Shown here: positions 12,103-23,706 of the stretch, one piece after another
How positions within the stretch are numbered: the first letter of the stretch is position 1
Layout of the letters: every line of letters begins with the position of its first letter
Origin: Octopus bimaculoides
Lineage: Eukaryota
Assembly (NCBI RefSeq): GCF_001194135.2
Contig: NC_068983.1
Location: forward strand, 79,322,678 to 79,381,819
Direction: 5' to 3'
DNA length: 59,142 nt
The notes under the pieces: generated by a model
Told to the model about the DNA's origin: nothing
Seen by the model: only the letters and a program-made list of their open reading frames with translations
Database searches by the model: none
Made by a program: the position numbers and the translations under genes

Positions 12103-12550
12103 TGCAGGCATGGCTATGTGGTTAAGAATTTTTCACTTCACAAACTGTGTAATTTTGCTTTGCAACAATGTGGTTTCCACAAATGTCATTTATTGCAAAG
12201 TGTGGCATTGTAGGGATGTGTCTTATACTATTGCTTCAGGTTTGCCAATAACTTGTGAATGAAATTTAATTGGTAGAAACTGTATGGTAGCCTGTTGTCT
12301 ATACACACATGTAGATACAGTTTGTTTTCAAGTATCTTTGGCACTTGTTGGACAGTAGCAGTGTCTGTTAAAGTCATAAACAATATACCCTGCTCTGTGG
12401 TAGTTTGATGTGCAAAGACCTTATTTGGAAACATGCAAATGTTTGCATTAGGAAAGAAATCTGGCCATAGAATACTGCATCAAGACTTCACAAACCACCC
12501 ATGTCACCAGAGGAAATACTAACAATAGCTTGATGATATTGATGATGATG
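12103..12550 (+). mobile_element. Decayed SINE family A + module G
   Basis: gcaggcatggctatgtggttaagaa head and gaaactgtatggtagcctgttg; G-like module ending gatgatattgatgatgat. Confidence 0.55.
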
Positions 12551-13389
12551 GCCTTTCTATTGATTGGCTTTTATTATTATTCTTGCATACACAGCAGATC
12601 TTGGCCAGTCTCACCAGATTATAAGTTTTTACCCTTTATATTTAATAAGTTGTAGATTAGAAAAAATAGTTTTTTTCAAAGTTTAGATTAAAATATGGCA
12701 TATATAAAACCGGAAAATTTAACCAAAGAAAATGCAAGCAAAAATCAAAGCAAAACAAAATTCACTTTATTCTATGTAACTATATTTTAAAGAATGTTGC
12801 TATATATTTGTTTGAAATCCTCTTTATAAAAGATTATCTTAGGAAAGATTCATGCTTTCAAAGAATACAAAGGGAAATATGGATTCAGACTGAAGATTTC
12901 ATATTGAAATATCTCAAGAATTGCTATTTTAAGAAAAGCTAAAAATAAATAATTATTCACTTCAGTGATCATATTGTCTTTTCATACTGCAGTATATAGT
13001 TTTAAATATTTCTGTTATTTGTACATCATCATCATCATTATCTTTGTTATTTTCTACTTTCACCTTTTCCAGATGGTACATTTTGAGTGTGTCTTGATAC
13101 AGTTTTCTATGACTCTATGCCCCTCCTGATGCTAACCCTTATTTTTGTTCACAAAGGCACTGTATTCCATGTCATGCCAAACCCTTTCAAGAGGTTTGTC
13201 TATGGAGGACACAAACAAAGTTACTATTACCTAAGTGGTGTTAATGTAAAGATGGTAATAATAACAATGAGCCTGTTGTAAGACAGTAATTAGAGCCAAA
13301 ACTGTATGCATAGTGCACAGGATAAAATACAAAGAGAAATCAAACTGCAAAGGAACTATAAAGAGGAGAGAAGGGTGCAAAGTTACTTT

Positions 13390-14300
13390 AGGAGTAGTAC
13401 TGGCAAATTTTGAGAAACATGGAAAATTTGAAGGCTACAATGACTTGGTAGCTAACAACTAATGCGAGTAGTTTATCCCATGCCTTGATAATTTTGTGTG
13501 TGAAATATTGTTTCCCAAAGTCATGGGTGCTGTGCTGTTTTTTAGATTTTGTGTGGCCCCAGATGTTAGAGGTATTGAATTCAAAAAGGTATCCAAAATT
13601 GTTGTTGGAAAGATGGTAAGTAATCTTGAGTGCTTCTATCAAGTCAGCTGCTAAATGTTGAAGCTTTAGTGTGGTGATGCTCAGAGAAACAAGACATTCA
13701 TATTATGGTAAGTGACTGATGAAGGGTATTTATCTGGGTGCATATCTCTGTACAACTTCCAGTATATTCATATTCTGGACAAGATGGAGGTTTTATTTAT
13801 GTGGGATTATCATGGCTAAATATATATGGCATTAAATAGATAGGAGGATAAGTCTGTTGAAACTGTATTTATGAGATCAAAACTAAAATTCATCTTCAAT
13901 CTAATAATAAAACAGAGGTTTTACTTTTTTTGATGATTTTCGAAATACGGTCTATCTAAAGCAGATAACAATGTTGTTGACAGCAATGGCTGGTTCATAT
14001 TCACCAGTAGACTTCTTAAGGCTGATATTGCTGAGGGGATTGGTAAATTATCTGATTGTTTTCCTCCCAAAATGTGGTGTGAGCAACATGTTTTATTGAA
14101 TAATTCTACAATTGTTTCATCACCATTTTACCAGATATATAAACTTGATATTCTGTTCTGTAACATTACAACCACTTGTTTCACGTGTATAATTACATGC
14201 ATACATATACCCTTATTTACAGGCATATTTGTCTCAAGGTGGTCTATAAATAAATATTACCAAGGCCCATTTTGGTAACCAGAGTTTAAGAATGTTGGAT
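13390..14300 (-). mobile_element. Decayed CR1 LINE ORF2 fragment, probably internally deleted
   Basis: EVVQRYAPR*IPFISHLP..LVSLSITTLKLQHLAADLIEALKI..GHTKSKKQHSTHDFGKQYFTHKIIKAWDKL matches the CR1 C-terminus (strong for 13390-13860). 13925-14130 reads IVELFNKTCCS..NLPIPS, like the KAELFNxxF linker (weaker). Confidence 0.65.
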
Positions 14301-14905
14301 TTGAACATAGTGCTGCACAAAAGTGAAGATAAGGGCTGAAAGTATCTTTTAAGTGTATATATTGAATTGTTACTGATCTGATTGAGCTGACTGTGGCAGA
14401 GGCATTGTAACTGTTATTTTCTTGTTTTTCTGGCTTGTCATGGCTGCAAAATCATTTGTTACACTTTGAAACACTTTATCAATATGTTTTTAAATGTAAA
14501 AAAGAAAATAAAAAAAAAGGAAATTGAATGTGATTTGGCTGCTATTTTTAGTTTGTTAAACAAATATGGAGAGCTCATTTTCTCATGCTTCTTTGGATGT
14601 AAGAATTATTGCTATGGTACACAATAAGTTTTTATTTTATCTTGGCCATCTTATTTATCATTGATAGAAATACTTTTAATGGCTCTACAAATTTATCAAT
14701 ATTCAACACTACAAACAAATTGTTTCCTTTTTTTTTTTTTATAAATACCTCTTTGAATTTTGAGTGTTAAGTAATTAGATTAAAATAGTTTGTTATTCAA
14801 AAGTTATCTTGAACTTTTTTTTTTGTATATTGTGAATTTAGTAAATACTTTTTGCAATGACTTCATAATCACACTATCAATAACCCAACTTTCCAGTGCT
14901 AAATA

Positions 14906-14971
14906 TATTAGATTGAAGATGAATTTTAGTTTTGATCTCATAAATATAGTTTCAACAGACTTATCCTCCTA
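14906..14971 (+). repeat. Inverted copy of 13841-13906 (65/66 identical), flanked by an 11-bp direct repeat
   Basis: Direct base comparison. ctaaatatatt occurs at 14899-14909 and 14969-14979. Confidence 0.9.
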
Positions 14972-14989
14972 AATATATTTATTAATTTC

Positions 14990-14999
14990 TATATATTAA

Positions 15000-15062
<63 letters not shown>

Positions 15063-15220
15063 GTGTGCGTGTATGTCTGTATGTATATATATGTGTGTGT
15101 GTGTATATATAAATATATATATATATATAGATATATATATATGTGTGTGTGTGTATATATAAATATATATATATATAGATATATATATATGCATGTGTGT
15201 GTACATGCATGCACACACAG
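14990..15220. repeat. Compound (TA)n/(TG)n microsatellite with an internal duplicated unit
   Basis: Long (TA)n then two copies of gtgtgtgtgtatatataaatatatatatatatagatatatatatat. Confidence 0.95.
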
Positions 15221-15636
15221 AGAAGGAATGCAGTGCTCAGTTACAGAAGCTTATGGTTCCAAACTTTTCAAAGTTTATCTTTTCGATAAAGAATCTATTA
15301 CCCAAATATCTTAAAGAAAAATCATGTAGGATACTTTTTCCCCTTTAATTCATCAAAGTAGGACTTAGTTATCAAATGATGTTAAAACTTTTTTGACGTT
15401 TCAAAATACAAAATTGCACTGAGAACTTCTTTCTCCCTCTTTTTCTATATAATATATATGCATATAATATGTATGTAGAATATAAAAAAAAAAAGAGAAA
15501 CACACAGATTAGCAAGATTTCAAGGCTTTTTACTGAGGTGTTAAGTTTTGAGAAATATGCTTACCCAAGTGGAAGCAATGCATTTGATGAAGTTTGATAG
15601 TAAGGATAACAAAAAAAAAAAAATGAGAACTTTTAC

Positions 15637-15683
15637 CTTTTGATTATTTCTAAATGCGTCTAGTATTGGAGTCAAGAATGTAT
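15637..15683 (-). CDS. Candidate 47-nt exon (x)TFLTPILDAFRNNQK
   Basis: Acceptor gtttgttttttctcaaag, donor AAG|gtaaaa, open frame phase 1 to 0. Confidence 0.2.
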
Positions 15684-16098
15684 CTTTGAGAAAAAACAAA
15701 CTGAAATCATGTGTATTTCAGTCTATTCAATAAATGTCATATAGGAAGTTTGTTTTTTGTTTTGTTTTCGGTTTTTTTATTTCTGCAGAAATCAGCTATT
15801 TTATACTGACAACCTGTAAAAAAATAAAATGTAGCTTGGTAGCTTGTAATTGATATGATTCAGTTAGATAGAAGTGGAACTGGCTAAGATTATTGACCTT
15901 TATCTTCAGAGTTTCACTTCTCATTTTGAGAACTCTGAAAGGATATATGCTTCCTCATTATCTTTTGAGTTCCTCTTTCAAGAAGATACTAGAATAATAT
16001 AAATGAAAGGTATAACTGACACAGTGAGTTGAGAGAGAGCCAGATCTGATTCATTCAGGTATTTCTATTAAATGATCATATTTCTGACTTAAACATAC

Positions 16099-16188
16099 CT
16101 GTCTGTTGATTTTGTCTGTCATTCTTCCAAAGTTGATTAAATTAGAACAAGTAAGTTGTTGAAGTTGATGCAGACAGTTAGAACTCTT
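16099..16188 (-). CDS. Candidate 90-nt exon KSSNCLHQLQQLTCSNLINFGRMTDKINRQ
   Basis: Acceptor ttattttcataagtag, donor CAG|gtatgt, 30 open codons phase 0 to 0. Confidence 0.25.
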
Positions 16189-16215
16189 CTACTTATGAAA
16201 ATAAGCTTTGTGTAT

Positions 16216-16260
<45 letters not shown>

Positions 16261-16451
16261 NNNNNNNNNNNNNNNNNNNNNNNNNNNNNNNNNNNNNNNN
16301 NNNNNNNNNNNNNNNNNNNNNNNNNNNNNNNNNNNNNNNNNNNNNNNNNNNNNNNNNNNNNNNNNNNNNNNNNNNNNNNNNNNNNNNNNNNNNNNNNNNN
16401 NNNNNNNNNNNNNNNNNNNNNNNNNNNNNNNNNNNNNNNNNNNNNNNNNNN

Positions 16452-16502
<51 letters not shown>

Positions 16503-16880
16503 CCAGCATATTTCTGTCTGTCTGACTCTCTCTCTCATATATATATATATATATCACAAAATCGTTTGCAAATTAATGTATAGAAGCTGTTATTTACTAG
16601 GATATATTTAACGAAGGGTTGATATTTATCCTAGAGATGTTCTGTTTTGATAACTTTTGTCTTTGCAAACATTTGTTGTGCAAACTTGAATATGTGCAGA
16701 AAAACAAGAAGTCTTTCTAGTTTGAAGTATTTTACAGCATACAGCTCAACTTTCACAATCATAGAAAATTGGGTGAAAGTGTCTTGCCTACTAAAAGCAG
16801 TAACCAAATCTCTCTCCTCTTATCACACACTAAATAATGTATCCTAGTTTATTTAAAATATTAATGTTCTACATTCTTTA

Positions 16881-17035
16881 GGTGCAGGCTGTGTGGTAAG
16901 AAGCTTGCTTCCCAACCACATGGTTCCAGGTTCAGTCTCACTGTGTGACACCTTGGCAAGTGTATTCGACTATAGCCTCAGGCCAACCAAAACCTTGTGA
17001 GTGGATTTGATCGACAGAAACTGAAAGACACCTGT

Positions 17036-17078
<43 letters not shown>

Positions 17079-17212
17079 AATATGACATTTATCAGAAAGA
17101 GTACACTTTAAAGAATAGAGCAATAAAAAAGCAAAAAGTTAAATTTGGGGTATATCCACAAAAGCCTAGTGGACAGCTCATCAGACTCTATATATAGAGT
17201 CTGATGAGTGTA

Positions 17213-17252
<40 letters not shown>

Positions 17253-17460
17253 TTGATAGATTTGTGTCTGTGTTTGTCTCAACCCCCATCACCTGACAAC
17301 CAATGTTGGTGTGTTTACATCCCCTCAGCTTAACAGTTTGGCAAAAGAAACTGATAGACTAAGTCCCAGGCTTACAAAGAATAAGTCCTGGGGTCAATTT
17401 CTTTGAGTAAAAGGCAGTGCTCCAGCATGGCCACGGTCAAATGACTGAAACAAGTAATAT
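16881..17460 (+). mobile_element. Composite SINE family A-(TA)n-module E containing a perfect 32-bp palindrome
   Basis: gtgcaggctgtgtggtaagaagcttgcttcccaaccacatggttccaggttcagtc head; module E at 17265-17460; palindrome at 17177-17208. Confidence 0.85.
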
Positions 17461-18175
17461 AACAAAACAATATGTCCCCTTTTCCATGCATTCATGGGTC
17501 ATAAGGAATTTTGTTTAGGCAGTTTTTTGTACAGCTGGATGCCTTTCCTGTTGCCCACCCTCACATATTTCCAAGTAAGGTAATAGATTCCCATAGGCAG
17601 ACATGTTTTCCATGGAAGACTAAAGCAAACATTATGTGATTTATAGACAAGAGTGTATACAGACGTATCACCACTTAGTCAAGAGAGCCTTTCCCTTTCC
17701 CTGTGTCTTCCACCACCCTTCCCCCTTTCTTGTCCTTTCCAACTTGGAAATTAACCTGGCAACTCCACTAGTGCTGGTAGCATTATAAAAGGAACTAGTA
17801 CACATTAGGAAGGGCATCTACCCATAGAAACTATGCCAAAGCTGACATGGAGCACATCACAGTCCTCTGGCTCGTCAGACCATGTTAATAATCTGTCCAG
17901 TAAAAGACACTTGTCCAAGGTTCCATACAGTGAGACTAAACTCAAGACCACAAGGTTGGACAACAAGCTTAACCATCCAACTATGCCTGTACTTATGTAT
18001 TATGTATCCAAGACAAAACAAATGATTGTGATGTCGTAAATCTACTTGATTAAGGATGGATCAAGAGTAAACAACAACAACAGCAAAACAACATACGCTC
18101 CGTCTAATTTCTTGTGGACCATGCTAAATTGAGAAATATATAAGCCGAAGAGTTCTTGGATTGGGTAGCTTTTAA

Positions 18176-18394
18176 CCTTTTTAATACTAACCCACTTGAA
18201 ACTGCTTCTGGCTCTGTAGTACAAATGCCTTGTTTTCATAAGTTTTGAATCGAAATCTTTCACCAAACCTTAGTCACAGTTTATGTTCCTAACATTAGCT
18301 TAATGATAACTAAGTTATTTTACTAACTTCTTTGTTATATTTAAAACTAATTGAAAGAAGCACAGAGTATCTCAGAAATATGGTAATAAAAGGG
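18176..18394. mobile_element. piggyBac-type (TTAA) MITE
   Basis: TTAA|cctttttaatac ... ggtaataaaaggg|TTAA; homologous in opposite orientation to 39164-39383. Confidence 0.75.
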
Positions 18395-19166
18395 TTAAAC
18401 AGATCATTTCATTTCACATTACTCCAGTTTACTCAGCTGTATTGAGTACCACCCAAGAGTGCTGGTGCAGTTCTTTTTCTATCCAGTAGCCACATCCTGG
18501 AGAGTCCACAAGGTCAAGGGTGAGGATACTGAGAGGGTGATTGTGACTGCTCATGGCTACGTGGGCACCTAAAGTAAAACAACTAGAAAAATATATGGTA
18601 CATGTTGTTGTGTGATGACTGACTGTACTTCTGTATTATAAATTTTGCTGGAGGTGAAACACTGCTTGATTCATTCTTCCTATCTTTCAAGCTGTATTTG
18701 CTTTTTAATGTAGATGTCTGTTCTACATGTTTGTATAGTGATAATATGGTTATATTTGATAATAAACAGATTTGCAAGACTGTAGGTTCTATAGTTACTT
18801 CATTATTAGGAATATAGATTTAATTATTTTCAATGATCTATTCAAATGTTTGGTTCAGTAGATTTGCAAACTATTTGGAAAATGCTATTCAACCATATCA
18901 TAGATTTAGTTCGGAAGTTGCGAAGGTCAGGTATAATGAAATATTTTCTCTTAACTGTAAATTTACTCGACTAAATTTAATTAGCCACTGAAGATACAAT
19001 ATGATAAAATATCAAACCTGTTATACAAAATTACATGTAATTTTTATTCTAAAAGTGCAAGAAACAACATTAGAAGCCATTTCTGTGATCTGCTGTTTGA
19101 TATTAATATTTGTTATGTTTAATGGTGAAGCAACCAACTAGTTGTCAGTCTGCTTACACATACACA

Positions 19167-19214
<48 letters not shown>

Positions 19215-19312
19215 ATTTTCACACATACACAAACACACACACACATATAGCTATGTATTTATGTATAGATATATACACAGTAATATACACATATTGTATA
19301 TACAAAAATATA

Positions 19313-19329
19313 TACATATTGCTTACACA

Positions 19330-19366
<37 letters not shown>

Positions 19367-19375
19367 TGCTTACAC

Positions 19376-19411
<36 letters not shown>

Positions 19412-19445
19412 TGCTTACACAGCCATATATATATATATATATATA
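19313..19445. repeat. Minisatellite: 3 x catattgcttacacag separated by (TA)n
   Basis: Directly visible. Confidence 0.95.
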
Positions 19446-19580
19446 CATTGACATCTGAGTGTGAATGTGTATATATGCATGCACAAACATACACATAGAA
19501 ACAGAGACGTGTAATTTTGGATAACACTTGTTGAACTTTTTTTTGAAATCACCGATTATAACTTATTTTCTCTGCTGCAG

Positions 19581-19663
19581 GCAACTTTGGCCCTATTCTC
19601 TGTAATTCATCTTCGCTTTGATACTTCTGTATTATTTGGTAATTTGGAATTAATTCAATTCAG
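19581..19663 (+). CDS. Candidate exon ATLALFSVIHLRFDTSVLFGNLELIQF (alternative donor after 19638)
   Basis: Acceptor ttattttctctgctgcag; donors TTG|gtaatt and CAG|gtactt; only frame 1 is open. Confidence 0.3.
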
Positions 19664-19908
19664 GTACTTTTACTACTAACCCATTTCATTGCTATTTGTT
19701 TATGCAATTAAACAAATTTATTTACATTATTAGATATTTCTCTGGTCACAATTTTTATTTCATATGATTCACATTTGTAATATTCATACTCCTCTACAAT
19801 GAGATTCCAATTTATTACAAAATAAATTAGTCTATTTAGATATTGGTAATGAAAATTAATTTCCATTTAACTTTGTGTTAACTAATTTTCAGTTTTATTA
19901 TACATGGG

Positions 19909-19910
<2 letters not shown>

Positions 19911-19961
<51 letters not shown>
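19911..19961. repeat. (GA)n microsatellite
   Basis: Directly visible. Confidence 0.98.
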
Positions 19962-19963
<2 letters not shown>

Positions 19964-21304
19964 GGAAGAAACTGTAGTTGCACAAAGTTAAATAAATGCC
20001 TTATGTTTATGTAATGTTTACTCTAGGTCATCTTTGATTGAGCAGACATAATTGAATACATTCCAGCTATGGCCATCTTGTCTTAGATAAACATAAGTTT
20101 ATTTAAAACTCATTTGCCTCTGTATCTTCCTTTCCTTTTAATATTAATCCTCTTTTTTTAAGACGGTGCAATGTGATTTGAGAGAAGTTGATTGCCTTTT
20201 TTAGCACTTTGAGCTTCTTTTTAGAGGTTCCCTTACTGGTTCTGAATACATTAGCTAGTTTATGTTCTTAATTCATTTAAGTTCTAGGAATATACCACTC
20301 AATTCAACTGAATTTATCATTCTCTTGAAAAAAAAAAAAAAAACTGGCAATATGGCCTATTCAAAAGAAATCAATTTTATGAACCTAGGTGAAAAGTTTT
20401 TCACCAAATTTTACATAGAAAATCAATTTTTAGTATGCACCTTTCCTGTTTATTTTGTTACCATTCAGAAATATTATTATATTCAGAATTATTATATTAT
20501 ATGAAAGAAAAAACAGAAAATCAGAACTAATTTAATTTATTCAAAAATAAAAAAAGAAGTAAAGTAATTCTTTTTTACTGAAACAACTTTTTTAAAGTTA
20601 TTCTATGGTTTCTAGATATTTTTCCCAGAACTTGAAAATTTATATATTGTTTTCAAACTTTTGATAAATATTATTTATTCTTTTATTCTATTATATGTTG
20701 TTTATCCCCGAGTTGGTCTTGATTTGAGCAGAACATTGTTGCTTTGACCATAGTTACTATCAAATGTGTCCCATTTTTAGGACAGTAGGATTTTTAGTGA
20801 GACTCAGTTGGTATTTCTAGTAGGTGAAGATACCACATAGAGGTCCACTCATTGGTTTGTGTTCCATTATGTTAGACATATCTATGATTTCATAACATAT
20901 AATTATAAAAAAAGTTAATGAATTTCATTGAAAATTATGAATAACACTCCAAGATTTCTTTAAGTGTACCAATTGCAACAATCTCAGAGACATAATTAAT
21001 TTGAGATTAGAGCTAATATTTCAGGTGTTATTTAAAATAATTACAAAATTTAAAGTGGATCTTATTGATGATATACTTCATATTATGTTTTCTTCTCCTG
21101 GACAAAATATCATTAACATAAATATAGAAAGTTTAATTTTGTAGGACATGGCTAATGACTTAACCATCAGTGTAGGTGATTTTAACAAACATTTATATGT
21201 GAATGACTTTTGAATAAGAGAAAATAACTTATTTGATTTTAAATATCATCATCCTCATTGTTCTGTCCTTTTTACCATGTTTGCATTGGTTAGGAGAGTA
21301 TTTT

Positions 21305-22100
21305 TTTTTCCAGTTACAGCTGGTGGCATGTAAAAGCACCCAGCCCATTCTGTAAAGTGGTTAGCATTAGGAAGGTCATCCAGCCATGGAAACCATGCCA
21401 AACCATGCAACCAAGCATGCTTACCACATCTCTATCCAGCTTTTGCACATCATCAACATTCAGTGCTCACATTTTACAACCATACAGTGTCACACTTCAT
21501 ACACAACCATCAGAGAAATTCTTTGTTGCCAAAAGAGGCAATAGCTCCCTGAATATTTTTCAGGAGTTAATGGCATTGCTAATTACTGTTTTTTTTTTTT
21601 TTTTCCAATATATGACAATATTTAATAAGAATTTCATCAATATTTTCTTTTTATTTCTTCTTTCTGCAACCACTTTTAATGTCTATTTTCACTTCACTCC
21701 CTTTGAGCTGGATAAATCTGCAATGTTGCAGTAGTATACACGCCTTAAATCTGTATAGCTTCATTTGAAGCACAAAATTGTTTCCACTTACTTATTCCAG
21801 AGTATACCTTGGTCTATATTTACTGCAGCTTACCATTCACCACCAACTGTAATATTTCATTACCCAACATTACATGTTTTTACCAATGAAATTGACTCTC
21901 CTATACACATCAGCAAATACCTTTTATGAATAGTCACTTTTCAGCTTTGCTATTCTCAACTTTTCTCATGGCTTAATATTTCACAGTCAATGGAATATTC
22001 TCAACTCATTTCCTTCAATTTCTATAGATTCTATATATTCTTCTTTACCCATTTTTCAATGTCATACAACATCAAACTTCCTATACATGATATACATGTA
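21305..22100 (-). mobile_element. Family C piece (+, 21305-21410) followed by a heavily decayed RTE RT fragment (-)
   Basis: 21480-21560 resembles 28960-29050. The minus strand near 21860-21990 echoes the MRKLG..VRVGNEY region of the 28-29 kb RTE. Confidence 0.4.
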
Positions 22101-22990
22101 CATCTATTACTAGTGTACCTACATAATATATTACTGAAAGATTTGTCATTTTGAAATATTCTCATATGCTTAAAACATATATAACTTTTTGTAGTATGAA
22201 ATTTGATGAATAAACACTAAGTTCTCAGTAGTATGTTGCAGATACTGAACTGGTTGCATAGTTTCTAACTATAATATCATTATATCAGTTTGAGTAATTC
22301 CTGTTAGAGCAGATCTATAATAAGAAAAGCATTCTACCTGTGATCAGCTTGCTTTTTGTTTGCTGTTTGATATAGTATATCTAAGATTACAGTACCTAAT
22401 TTTGCATTCCCCTCCCCTTTTTTTTTTAAAGCAGTAGGGTATAATCTAGAGGAGATTTGATTGCTATTTCTTACATATTAAGCAATCACGTAGAGTCATA
22501 CCTGCTGGCTCATGAAAAGTACAACAGTTGTTTTCAATTGGAAACCTTCTTGATGAGAATAGTTAGTTGCTAACACAAAAGTTTGAAATGATTCAAACTT
22601 TAGTGTTGATAGCATTTAGATCTTCACAACATTACATACCAAAACAGATTGGACAAATTAAATGATTTAAGCTGGAAAATTTCAAATAAATTTTTTTTAC
22701 TACAGTGATAGTTAATGCATCACTAAAAATTTTTCATGTAATCCCTTTAATATACCTTGTGTACAAAATCTCTATCAGCAATTGCCATATTCAATGAACA
22801 CAAAGTTACAAAATACATTTTCAAGAAAACTTCAGTAGAAAGGAAGACACTGTTCCAATCACACCACTACAAGGAAAAGTTTCCCCCTTTATATCTCTCC
22901 CCTTGTATCTTTCCTTCTCTCTATCTCTTTGTTACCCTCTCACTCTCTCCCTCCCTCCTCTTCCCCCTCACTTCTCACTTNNNNNNNNNN

Positions 22991-23640
22991 ATATATATGT
23001 TTCATGCCTGTGTTTGTTCTCCCACCATCACTTGACAATAGGCATGGCTGTGTGGTAAGAAGCTTGCTTCCCAACCTCATGGTTCCGGGCTCAGTCCTAC
23101 TGTCTGCTACTATAGCCTCAGACCAAAGCCTTGTGAGTGGATTTGGTAAACAGAAACTTAAAGAAGCCCGTCATATATATATGTATATATATGTTTGCAT
23201 GTCTGTTTTTCCTCCCTATTACTATTTGACAACAGTGTTGTTGTGTTTACGTCCCCATAACTTAGCAGTTTGGCAAAAAAGACTGATAGAATAAGTACTA
23301 GGCTTTCAAAAATAATGAATAAATCCTGAGGTTGATTTGTTCTACTAAAACCCTCCAAGCTGGGGCTCCAGCATGGCTGCAGTTGAATGACTGAAACAAG
23401 TAAAAGAGATATATATGTGTGTCTGTCTTTGTGTCTACATCTGTTCTCTGCTACTGCTTGCCAACCACTGTTGGTGTGTTTATGTCCCAATAACATAGCA
23501 GTTTAACAAAAGTGACCAACATATTAAGTATCAGTACTTTTAAAAAATAAGCACTGGGGTCTATTTATATGGCTAAAATTCTTCAAGGTGGTGACCCAGC
23601 ATGGCTACATTCTAATGACTGAAACAAGTAAAAGATAGAA
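22991..23640 (+). mobile_element. Tandem SINE cluster: E fragment-A-E-E
   Basis: Family A head at 23040 and two successive module E copies ending atgactgaaacaagtaaaag (23400, 23630). Confidence 0.8.
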
Positions 23641-23688
23641 GCTATATATAAAGCTGATAATTCACTCTGTTACAATTCCATCTTTCAG

Positions 23689-23706
23689 TTTCGCACATTT
23701 GTTCAG
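23689..23706 (+). CDS. Candidate 18-nt microexon (FRTFVQ, VSHICS or FAHLF depending on phase)
   Basis: ttacaattccatctttcag | TTTCGCACATTTGTTCAG | gtaata; frame-preserving length. Confidence 0.2.

Noticed and set aside
13925-14051. RhoGAP-like peptide DNLPIPSAISALRSLLVNMNQPLLSTTLLSAL (minus), and two open plus-strand frames over the same bases
   Set aside because: Poor acceptor, no consistent downstream RhoGAP helices, and the frame continues upstream into ELFNK..CS next to a same-strand CR1 fragment. A LINE ORF2 linker is the simpler explanation; an HMM search would settle it.
14982-15314. [12 protein letters not shown]-rich ORFs (also 19142-19527, 31010-31382, 50458-50779)
   Set aside because: Translations of (TA)n, (TG)n and (CA)n repeats.
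15740-15826. Minus-strand CQYKIADFC resembling kinase KIADFG
   Set aside because: Lacks the DFG glycine, runs into a low-complexity A-rich stretch and stops; no other kinase motifs nearby.
18430-18569. GC-richer minus-strand frame AHVAMSSHNHPLSILTLD... after a strong acceptor
   Set aside because: Ends in a stop without a good donor and merges into SINE-like sequence; more likely repeat-derived.
19313-19445. CRISPR-like repeat-spacer pattern
   Set aside because: Spacers are just (TA)n, the context is eukaryotic and there are no cas genes.
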